Of a DNA stretch of 64,000 nt, positions 29,551 through 38,700 are shown one piece after another. The stretch spans positions 1,186,126-1,250,125 of the forward strand of contig OZ241967.1 in the NCBI GenBank assembly GCA_965204055.1, in the 5' to 3' direction. The translations under genes and the position numbers were made by a program. How positions within the stretch are numbered: the first letter of the stretch is position 1; each line of letters begins with the position of its first letter. Source of the DNA: Bdellovibrionales bacterium. GTDB taxonomy: Bacteria > Bdellovibrionota > Bdellovibrionia > Bdellovibrionales > UBA1609. Under the pieces are notes generated by a model. The model worked only from the letters and a program-made list of their open reading frames with translations, ran no database searches and was not told the origin of the DNA.

Positions 29551-29705
29551 CTATTTAGTCGGTCGTGATAAACCTTGTTCATCTCCAACTGTAAAGCCAA
29601 GTACTTGGCTTTACAGTCCCACCTTGAGCGGGAATCTCGCCTGTTTTAGGACAAAGTAAGCCCTGTTTACTGTGTTGCAATACACTTTTTCACGGACTAC
29701 TAAAT
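29551..29705. mobile_element. MITE-like element (same family)
   Basis: CTATTTAGTCGGTCGTGATAAACC ... CTTTTTCACGGACTACTAAAT inverted termini; internal palindrome TGTAAAGCCAAGTACTTGGCTTTACA. Confidence 0.65.
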
Positions 29706-29740
29706 TAAAGAAAATCTCATCTATAAGAAACACTTACAAT

Positions 29741-32700
29741 TTACTCAGAGGTAATAGCCAACCAGCAAATGAGCTTAATATCTTCTTCTGAAATAGGAGG
29801 TAAAGGTTCAAGGGAACCGGCAGGTTCGAATCCCGTTTTAATAATCCAATTTATCAGCTTCTTGGCTTTCTCTTTTCCCTTATCACTATCATCATTAAAT
29901 TGTTCTCTTAAAAGCATTTCATCCCTTCTTGGCCAAGGAGATTCTACAATATCAAGAGCAGTATTTATAGCTTGCTCTGTCATATCAGAAGGTTTAAAAG
30001 ATCGAATAAAATCCGCTACCTCTCTATTTATTTTCCGTATTTTTGGCTGTAAATTAGCAGGATCCGCTTCATACATCCAAGAGCTTAAAATATCTTCTTT
30101 AGCCACATTCCAAAAATTATAAACTGACTTTCGAGCCTGCTTTGATAATACAGTTTTAGTATTTTCCTCAGCTTCAATAAGACGAAGGCAAGTTCCCATT
30201 TCCTTAACAATTTTTTTATTTTTTGGTTGCCATTTTTCATTTGAAGGGACAAACCTTAAGTAAGTTCTTTTTTCTCCAACAGTGGCACAAAAGAAAAATC
30301 CCTGCTCTTTTCCTTTGAGCATGCCCGAACCTGATTTCCACGGAAGGTTGACAATCCTATCTCGATTCTCTTTCAAGGCGTTTCTTAAAGTTTGACGATA
30401 TTCTTCCCCTGTTTGAGCAGAGCTAACTGTGCCTCCTCTTTCAAAAAGAGCAGGATTTTCTTTTAGAAGTTGGTTAATCTCTTCTCTTGTCTCAGTAAAA
30501 ACCTGCCTTCCGCTTTGTTCTCCTTCAATAGGAGAAGCAACACCGATACTTCTGGCGGCTAAGGCTAATTTATCTAAAATCCGTTGTTCTAAATCTAATA
30601 AAGCATCTAACCTGTCTGTAGGGAAAATGGTCCTTAAAAAAACCTCTTTATGCTGGCTTCCAATCCTATCAACCCGACCATGACGCTGAACCAAACGCAT
30701 AGGATTCCAAGGAAGGTCATAATTTATAATATGACAGCATTGTTGTAAATTTACCCCTTCTGCTAAAACATCAGTAGTTATTAAAATATCAAAATCATCT
30801 GATGGATTAGTAGATTCCATTGATTGAGGAGCAAAACCATTAACAGCTGATTCTCTGGACATTCCTGGATTAAATCTTTCTCTTTTATGATCAGAGCCTA
30901 TGATAGCCGCTATTCTTCCTTTATACTCTGTAAGCTCTGGATTATTATTTATTTCTTCTTCAAGAAATTTAAAAATCCATTGGACAGTGTCAGCAAAAAA
31001 AGAAAATATCAAAACCTTTCTCTTGTTTCTTCGTTCACTGGCATTCATTCCCTCTTTTTCAGATTGCCTTATTATTTTCTTTAATTCCTTAATAACTTTT
31101 TTCAGTTTTTCATCTTTTGTTTTTGTGATTTTATCTGCTTCTATTTTTAATTTTACAAGAATGTTTAAATCTTGTTTAACATCTCGTTTTAAGTTTTCAG
31201 CATTATAATTGTCTATACTCTCTGTATAAGGACTTTCTTTTAAAGACTCTTCTAAAGCTGTTTCATCATCAGCTGATAACTCCTGTAAAAATTGGGTAGA
31301 TATAACTTTTCCTTTATCAATAGCTTCTAAAAATAGCTTATGTTGTTTTACCATTCTTCCTAAAGTATTAGAAAAAGCAAACAAAGAAGACTCAAATCGT
31401 TTTAGAAGGCCAGAGCGTAAAAGACCAGCAATTCCTTCCGCTCTCCATTGGCTATCTTTATCCGGGTTTTTTAAATAACTATCAGGGATATATCTGGAGA
31501 ATTTAATTTTACAATTACTTTCAGGGTCAAGAGCCTGCTCTATATTTTCAAAAGGAAACATCTCATCCAATGAATAACGAACTGTTTGAGTTCTTGGAAC
31601 AGGAAAAGTGATTTGCAAAAGTGTTCCGTTTGGAGCTTTAATAGTGTCACTTTTATAATGCCTTTGTATAAACTGCCGTGTTCTTTTGACTGTTGTCCCG
31701 TCAATAATAGGAAATAATCTATCAGGGCTGAGGTCAGCTGGATTTTCGAGCATAGCTAAACGAAAAACTTCTTTTATAGATAAAATACCTTTATTAGCTA
31801 AGAAAGCATCCTGTTTTATAAAAAAATGAATAAGATTATAAAGGTCCCAAAGGGAATTATTGACAGGGGTAGCAGTTAACAACAAAACATCCTTCTTTTT
31901 TCCAGAAAGCAGTTGTCTTAAAATGCCTGCCCGCATAGGGGTGTCTGGATTTCTGTAGTTATGAGCTTCATCTATAATAACAAGCTGATATTCATCTACC
32001 TTTCTTTGTAATTTTTCTGAAACCCTTGTGACCTCTTCTTTATTTAATTGTTGATCTCTGGATAACTCTTCGTAAGATACACATTCAATAAAAATTTCAT
32101 ATTCAGATCTAAATTTTTTCCAGGTGCTATCTCTTAAACTGGCTGGACAAATCAACAAAGCTCTTTGTCGCCTGTTTTTATAAATTTCAATAATCTCACC
32201 AGCTATGTAGGTTTTCCCCAGCCCTACTTCGTCTGCTACTATAGCCCCATTGCATTCTTTAATAATTCGCAAAGCTCTAATGACACCATGTTTTTGAAAT
32301 TCAGTTAAATGTAAAAAGCTCTCTCCTAATTTACTGTCAACTTCAATCTCTTTTCCATAAAGTTCCCATAAAACTCTTATAAAAATTTCAAAAGGGGTTC
32401 GAATGGTCAGCAACTCCTCAAACAACCCGGCCAACTCAAAAGGAACAGCCTCCTCCCATAAGCTATCAAACCAGTTTTTTGCTTTCGTAATTGCTTCTTT
32501 ATCAGAACGACTGGTATTTAATTCCAGGTTTGTAGTCATTCCCGATTTTGTCATATTGGAAGAACCAACAATAATTCCTCCGTTTTCTTCTTTAATAAAA
32601 ATATAGGCTTTTGCGTGTAAAAAGTCTTTTTCATATCTCCGAATTTCAATATTTCCCGCTTTAAGGGCTTTAACAAAGTTTCTAATTCTTTGTTCGCTTT

Positions 32701-33067
32701 CAAAGCTAAATGGAAAGTGATTTCTTTCCTCCCATAGCCCTTTCTCAAGTGATTTTAAACTATCTTGTAGTTGCTTCTGTTTAAATTGCTTGTCCGTTTC
32801 TCCAATAGATCTTAAAGCAAAAAGATTTTTTGAAAAGAACTCAGCACCTATCATCAAACGCACACCTGCTGTGTTAATCAACTCATCCGCTATCTGAAAA
32901 AAACCTGCTGAAGTGAAAAAAGCAGTAGCAATACACACTTCATTATATTTAGAAATATCTTCTTGCTTTTTAAGAACAGCTTTTAAGGCTGAAGATAAAG
33001 TATTATCTTCAATATTATCAATCAGAACTGGGAAAAAAGATTTTTTAGAAGGAATACTTTTGCTCAA
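29741..33067 (-). CDS. PLD-like nuclease domain fused to an SNF2-family helicase
   Basis: 1108 aa; N-terminal HKD-like motif FLHAKAYIF...IIVGSSNMT; SNF2 motifs ADEVGLGKT (I), VIIDEAHNYRN (II), LLLTATPVNN (III), TDVLAEGVNLQ (V), QRHGRVDRIG (VI). Confidence 0.85.
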   Translation of the reverse strand: MSKSIPSKKSFFPVLIDNIEDNTLSSALKAVLKKQEDISKYNEVCIATAFFTSAGFFQIADELINTAGVRLMIGAEFFSKNLFALRSIGETDKQFKQKQLQDSLKSLEKGLWEERNHFPFSFESEQRIRNFVKALKAGNIEIRRYEKDFLHAKAYIFIKEENGGIIVGSSNMTKSGMTTNLELNTSRSDKEAITKAKNWFDSLWEEAVPFELAGLFEELLTIRTPFEIFIRVLWELYGKEIEVDSKLGESFLHLTEFQKHGVIRALRIIKECNGAIVADEVGLGKTYIAGEIIEIYKNRRQRALLICPASLRDSTWKKFRSEYEIFIECVSYEELSRDQQLNKEEVTRVSEKLQRKVDEYQLVIIDEAHNYRNPDTPMRAGILRQLLSGKKKDVLLLTATPVNNSLWDLYNLIHFFIKQDAFLANKGILSIKEVFRLAMLENPADLSPDRLFPIIDGTTVKRTRQFIQRHYKSDTIKAPNGTLLQITFPVPRTQTVRYSLDEMFPFENIEQALDPESNCKIKFSRYIPDSYLKNPDKDSQWRAEGIAGLLRSGLLKRFESSLFAFSNTLGRMVKQHKLFLEAIDKGKVISTQFLQELSADDETALEESLKESPYTESIDNYNAENLKRDVKQDLNILVKLKIEADKITKTKDEKLKKVIKELKKIIRQSEKEGMNASERRNKRKVLIFSFFADTVQWIFKFLEEEINNNPELTEYKGRIAAIIGSDHKRERFNPGMSRESAVNGFAPQSMESTNPSDDFDILITTDVLAEGVNLQQCCHIINYDLPWNPMRLVQRHGRVDRIGSQHKEVFLRTIFPTDRLDALLDLEQRILDKLALAARSIGVASPIEGEQSGRQVFTETREEINQLLKENPALFERGGTVSSAQTGEEYRQTLRNALKENRDRIVNLPWKSGSGMLKGKEQGFFFCATVGEKRTYLRFVPSNEKWQPKNKKIVKEMGTCLRLIEAEENTKTVLSKQARKSVYNFWNVAKEDILSSWMYEADPANLQPKIRKINREVADFIRSFKPSDMTEQAINTALDIVESPWPRRDEMLLREQFNDDSDKGKEKAKKLINWIIKTGFEPAGSLEPLPPISEEDIKLICWLAITSE

Positions 33068-33119
33068 TTCATATAACCTTTTGTTTTATTGAAAAATGAC
33101 TCTCTAATAACCTCAGTTA

Positions 33120-34091
33120 TTATGTTGGATTTGGTTTTTGATTTTGTATCTGTTGATTTGCTAAAATGTTGCTATATCGCCCCCAAGATACACCTTTAGT
33201 ATTTTCGTATAATTTTACAAAAGGACCAGGAAGATTAAAAAAACCATTGATTAAAATATGGGCCTCCCACAATAAATCTTGAAGTGTATTATCAGCAAAG
33301 TGAATTTTTAAACCTAACTTAGAAAGTTTTTTTATGGATAAAGGGCGGGTATGCATCAAATGTTCATCATAGTTTGATAAATAAGCAACAGCTTTGTCGA
33401 TTGTTTCGCTGTTGTTCTCACCTTTAAACATATATTCTTTGAGCCAGCTGGATACTAATTGTTTGGATAAACTTTCAGCATCTTCACACAGTTCCAGAAG
33501 ATTCAAAGAGTATTTTTCAATAAGAGGGATATAAGGCAACAGAGCTTCAGGGCCTTCTTTTTCTATTATTTTTCTTATTTTTTCAAAACTATTTTTTATC
33601 ATTCTTGCAGGGATACCATTGATTTGCGGATCAATAGGGCTTAAAATAGCACTGGGGTGTAAAATGATATTGTTTCCTGAAAGAGCTAACATTGTTGCCG
33701 CTGAATAGGCGGAATGAGGAATTAGAAAATCAACTTCTTTAAAATGACTGCGCAACAATTTCACAAGACGCTCTGTAGCATCTGGGCTACCTCCGGGACT
33801 ATGTAAAAGCACATCAACGGCAGAACTTCCTTTTACGGAGTTTATTAAATCAGTAACACCGTCTACATCAGATATATCAATGGAAATTAGAGCATCCGGT
33901 GGTAGAAGTTGTTGGTCTAAAAATTTTGTTACATATACCAGCAACGGTCGTTTGCGATATTTCTCAATGTCCTTATAACAATTTCTGCGAAGTTCCAGAA
34001 GGTTTACCTTTCCACCGGAAGTACACATAAAATTAAACCAATCTTGAGTCGTTTTAAACTTTATACGATTGGATTGAGGGTGGGAGTGCAT
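33120..34091 (-). CDS. Clp-fold serine protease of the SDH (serine dehydrogenase proteinase)/SppA-like type
   Basis: 323 aa; LLHSPGGSPDA, HSAYSAATMLALSG and SPIDPQ motifs as in ClpP/SppA-fold SDH proteases; 52 bp upstream of the helicase; start uncertain (alternative ATG at 34028). Confidence 0.6.
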   Translation of the reverse strand: MHSHPQSNRIKFKTTQDWFNFMCTSGGKVNLLELRRNCYKDIEKYRKRPLLVYVTKFLDQQLLPPDALISIDISDVDGVTDLINSVKGSSAVDVLLHSPGGSPDATERLVKLLRSHFKEVDFLIPHSAYSAATMLALSGNNIILHPSAILSPIDPQINGIPARMIKNSFEKIRKIIEKEGPEALLPYIPLIEKYSLNLLELCEDAESLSKQLVSSWLKEYMFKGENNSETIDKAVAYLSNYDEHLMHTRPLSIKKLSKLGLKIHFADNTLQDLLWEAHILINGFFNLPGPFVKLYENTKGVSWGRYSNILANQQIQNQKPNPT

Positions 34092-34293
34092 CAGTATCTA
34101 TCTCAAAATTTTTTGTTGAACCAGAACTATATTTATATATTTTTTTTCGACCCATAGCAATATCTATTTTTTCTGCAATATCGGAAATTTCCTTATATGT
34201 TTTATAAAACTCCAATGCTTTGGCATTTTCGTTTAAAACAGATTCAGGCAGGATTTCTTCAGTCGTAAGTTTTGATTTTTTTTGAGTAGTCAT
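34054..34293 (-). CDS. small hypothetical protein, first gene of the protease-helicase operon
   Basis: 79-aa ORF, same strand, overlaps the annotated protease start by 38 nt; no recognisable motif. Confidence 0.4.
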   Translation of the reverse strand: MTTQKKSKLTTEEILPESVLNENAKALEFYKTYKEISDIAEKIDIAMGRKKIYKYSSGSTKNFEIDTDALPPSIQSYKV

Positions 34294-34362
34294 ATTTTAT
34301 ATTATCGTTAATTTGGATTATGAAGTCAACAAAATTATAGCTGAAAAATCAAGCAAAAAACA

Positions 34363-35490
34363 CCTTAAAATGCCATTTTCACCCTATTTTACTTGTCATT
34401 GTTCCCTTTTGGAATATATTATCATCCTTTAAATTGTCCTTGCCCCTCGTTTTTTAGCTACCTTATTTCAATGGCACTTTAAAGAGGTAATAAATTTATA
34501 AGAGATTGACAAAAAGTTTTTTGTGCATCACTTTTGAACACCATGAAAAAAAGCAAAAAGTTTCTACACGATCATTTATTTAAAGAAGTTTACTCTCAAC
34601 CCAAATACTGCGTAGACATCTTAAGCCTTGTTTTCTCAACAGAGGAAATGAGCCTGTTTGATTGGACTACCCTTAAAACCGAAGCCACCACTTTTGTTGA
34701 CAAGCAATTTAGAGAAAAACGAATGGACCTTCTGGTCTCAGCCCTTTTTAAAGGCTCCCGGAAGCCTGCCAGAGTGTTGTTCTTAATGGAGCACAAGAGT
34801 CAAGAAGACCCGGAGCTATTACGGCAATTTTTAATGTATCAGGCAGGTATTTATCAAAGTACCCGTGATCCAGTGCTCCCTATATTTATCAACCAAAGTC
34901 CAAACAAAACTTGGAAAGGGTCTTTAGATTTTCATGGTTTTTTAGATAATTTTGAAGGAGAGTTAAAAAAGAGGTTTAAAGAGAATGTGTTAAATTTTCG
35001 CCCCAGAGTATTGAATATTCAGGCTTTAGATATAGATAAGGCCAAGGGCTTGACAACGTGTCCTATTTTGTATATTTTAAAGCATATATGGAACTTAAAC
35101 GCGAAAAAGATAAAGGGGTTATTTACAATAGGCCGTGGTTTGAGTCAAAATGAGCGAGAAGCTTTGATCGTGCGAGCGGTGGATTATGTTCGTCAATATG
35201 ATCCTAATTTTAATTGGAAGATAGTAAGAGAGATTGAACAAACCACAGTCAAAAAGGAGGAAAGAGTTATGGCACCGTTACTTCAGTATTCATTGGATGA
35301 AGCCAGAGAAGAAGGCTTAAAAAAAGGCCGACTGGAAGGTATAGAAAAAGGCATGGAAAAAGGCATGCAGGCGGTAGCCTTAAACATGTTGAAAGCAAAA
35401 GCGGATCTATCTTTTATCTCCAAAATGACAGGTCTTTCTGAGGCAGAAATCGAAAAACTTAAAAACAACTCTTAAAAAGAGTTTTTCATT
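34363..35490. repeat. ~1.1 kb direct repeat, copy 1 (Rpn gene plus its upstream region)
   Basis: Aligns by eye with 42190-43318 at high identity, with a ~35-bp indel upstream and a 36-bp indel in the (GGCATGGAAAAA)n tract. Confidence 0.85.
34534..35475 (+). CDS. Rpn (YhgA-like) recombination-promoting nuclease / putative transposase family, copy 1
   Basis: 313 aa; HDHLFKEVYSQP N-terminus, RMDLLV...VLFLMEHKSQ (PD-(D/E)xK-type D...E-x-K), C-terminal EEGLKKGRLEGIEKG and TGLSEAEIEKL; likely start ATG at 34543. Confidence 0.8.
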   Translation: MNTMKKSKKFLHDHLFKEVYSQPKYCVDILSLVFSTEEMSLFDWTTLKTEATTFVDKQFREKRMDLLVSALFKGSRKPARVLFLMEHKSQEDPELLRQFLMYQAGIYQSTRDPVLPIFINQSPNKTWKGSLDFHGFLDNFEGELKKRFKENVLNFRPRVLNIQALDIDKAKGLTTCPILYILKHIWNLNAKKIKGLFTIGRGLSQNEREALIVRAVDYVRQYDPNFNWKIVREIEQTTVKKEERVMAPLLQYSLDEAREEGLKKGRLEGIEKGMEKGMQAVALNMLKAKADLSFISKMTGLSEAEIEKLKNNS

Positions 35491-35707
35491 TTTTTCTGCA
35501 ACGGAAAAAGACAATATTAAAGATCAGGTGTTGCTTTATGCCAGTGCATCTGCTTTTTCCAATCCTTCAACTGGCTTTAATAAAGCTCAAGGTGTGCCCT
35601 TGCCCCCAGGAGTGGAGCTTACAAAACAGATTGTCAGTCGTTCCCCTGATAATATTTAAACGTTTAATTTATCTCTTTGGGTTTAATAATTTTTTTAGGA
35701 TGTGGCT

Positions 35708-38700
35708 TTAAAGTTTCTTTTTCCAAAGATTGTAATACTTTAAAACGGCGGTTAAGCGGGACTGGTAGTCCCCAGTTCTGTGAAAGGTCTCAAAGATATG
35801 AATAAGTTGTTTTTGAGACAAGCCGTAAAGGTGAGCCACTACAGCGTCTAATTCATAAATCATATTGTTCTTTTTTTCTTCATCCAGCGGACCATATTCT
35901 ACACCTACAGCTTCAGCCCATTTAGAAAATCGTTTATCTGGGGAAGCTAACCGACCAGAGAGAGCTACAACTTTTTTCCAAAGAGGGTTTTCTCTGGAAG
36001 GTCTGGGAATAGGAAAAGTATTAAGAAGAAAAAAACTAAGACTATTTGTAGAAATAAATAAACGAGCATACCAATCTAAAGGAATAGAGCTTAAAACTCC
36101 AAGTAAAAAGGCTTCATCTTTTTCATCTCCTCTTGGAAGTAGAAAATAAGGTGCTTTATGAACTAAAAACACTTTAGGGGGCAAAAGGCTGGTTTTAACC
36201 GTTCTGTAATCAATGCTGTTTGTTACATCGTGAAATGCAATTCTTGGTTTAAAGCAAGATAAAGTATTTTTATTTTGTATATAATCAATGGAAAACTCTG
36301 AATGAACGCTTTTTTGATTTTTATGACTATTAAGTCTTTTGTTATAAAGCCAAGAGAGTGCTGTTTCAGGATTGGCATAAGCATAATACTTCCTTGTATC
36401 AGTTTTCCAGATATTAAAAGACCTACCTGTCCAAACTGGCCAAAACCCTTTTGGACATTTTTTTGATTTTAAATCCATTAAAGGTTTTGATCCTGTAGTA
36501 TGTAATTCTGTATCAGGTCGAACTCTCCAACTATTTTTATCATTCAAACCTAACCGGGGGCTTTTCCTTAATTGAAGAAAAACATCCATAGAATCTTCTC
36601 TTGGTAAAGAGGGTAAGGAAGCAGAATCTGTCCATGAAAATACTTGCTTTTCTGTAAAAGACAAAGACAGTTTGTTTTCTTTAGCTTGCAACTCCTCATG
36701 GGAATAAAAAGGGCCTTGAATATGGATTGTTTTACCAGTGGGGCGGAAATCTCTTGTTCGGCTTAATTTTTTTTCAAATTGTTGGACAAAGGGTTTAAAA
36801 GTGAGATTGTGTTTTTCAGATGTTTTTTTTAAGGAAATCAAAGCAATATTATATTGAGCATGAACTTCCGAAAAAATCCACTTCTTGTTATTGATTAGCA
36901 TTGTTATATTAGAAGAAGCATTATTAAAAATGTCTTTTCTAAATAACTCCGATCCCTTTGCGGAAAAAACATTCCCTGGAAGAACGACCCCCAAAAATCC
37001 ACAATCTTTACAAATAAGATGCCAAAATCTCCATGAGAAAAATTTATACAAGTCAGAATCTCCTGAACCGGATTGAACATAAGATGATTGTTTCAATACA
37101 TTTTTAAGCCTTTTAACATTTGATAGCTCTTTCTCATACTCTTTGACAAGGTGAGGGTATTGTCTTTTTACTTTTTGATATTCTGCCTCTCTCTCCCTTT
37201 GAGAAAGTCCTCTTAATCCGGGAAAATGCCTGGCCCAAAAAGCATGTTCTTCCAGCTTGATTTTTTCCCAAGGAGGGTTGCCAATAATTACATCAAAGCC
37301 AGGCCTCTTTCTTAAAAAAACTTCAGGAAAAGCTATGGGAAAATGAAGGGTTTTTAAATTTTTAAGCTCTAAACGAGCTGATTTTAGTTCTTTGGAATTA
37401 TGAATGCTTTTTATGTTTTTTACCCATTCTACCAGTTTAAAACCACTTACTTGGTTAGTTATGCGATTAAAAATTATTACATCAAACAAGGCTTTAGTAT
37501 CCTTTAAAGAAGATTCAATCTCTTTTTTAAAGAGTCTGCTTGCTTTTATTTCCTCAACACTTAAATCAGCAAGTTTTCTCATATCTTGAAGAGACTTTTT
37601 TGCCTGACCAATTAGTTTTTCTCTATCAATCAGATCAAAAGACAAGTTTTCTGATTCTTGTTTGCTTTTAAGCTCTGATTGAAATTCCTTAATGGTCCCT
37701 ATACCCACAAGGGAGTTTCCACAAATTAGATTGTGATTAAAATAGGAAAGAGGAAGCCCTGGAACAAATGTATGTGTCCAAAGTGATAACTTGGCCAATT
37801 GCACCGCCAAGTCATTATTGTCCACCCCGTAAATGCAGTGCTTTGCAATATGTCGGGCTAAATATTTTCTGTCTTCAACTGGAAAATAATCGTCAGATAT
37901 ACCTATATCTTTGAGATTTTTTTCCGCTGTCTTTTTTGTTTTATCTAAAATATTTTGAACACCCTTTAAAGGTCTGTTATTCAAATAGTCTGCCATTTTG
38001 TTTTCAATCCTATCAACCGCTGCCACTAAAAAATGCCCGGACCCCATCGCAATGTCCGCCGTAAAAAAGTTAAAAAATTCTTTTTCTGCGTCTTCGTCAT
38101 GCAATTTATTTAAGCGGTTAAAATGCTCTTTTAAAGCGGGTTCAAGAGATTTGTCTAAAATATAATCAACAATAAAACTTTTGGTGTAATAACTACCTGT
38201 TGCTTTTCTTGCTCCAGATTGATTGTGCAAATAAACCTCTCCCTTTTTAACAATAATTTCTTCTGTTTTTTTAGATTTCTTGTTTTTACTGACTTTTAAC
38301 TTCCTTAAAGGGACATAAATATTGTTTGTATCCAATGTTAAATCCGTATCAGCTATTGATAAATTAGACTCTAAAAGTCCCTCATAAATAGTCCCAAATT
38401 CACGAGGACCCAGAAAACGAAAATCCACTGGGCCAAGAGGAGTTTCCTCATTTTCCATAAGAAGCAAGCTTTTTAAAGCAGGCACAAAAAATTTATTGGA
38501 AACAGAAACCTTTGCAATTTCATGCCCTGTTGTTGAAACCTCTTTTTCACTACTAAACAAGCCTCCGTTATAAGCCATAATTCCCCACTCAATATTTCCT
38601 TTATCAATAGCCTCCCAAAGCCTAACTGTTTCTTTCCAGTGATTATCTCCTTCTTCAGGTTCTTTCCCGTTTGAAAAAAGTTTTGATAATTCTAAAGCTT

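Noticed and set aside
35520-35662. Short higher-GC ORF fragment (…VLLYASASAFSNPSTGFNKAQGVPLPPGVELTKQIVSRSPDNI*) after Rpn copy 1
   Set aside because: It looks like the C-terminal remnant of some gene, but I cannot assign a family from 47 residues. It is not reported as a feature.
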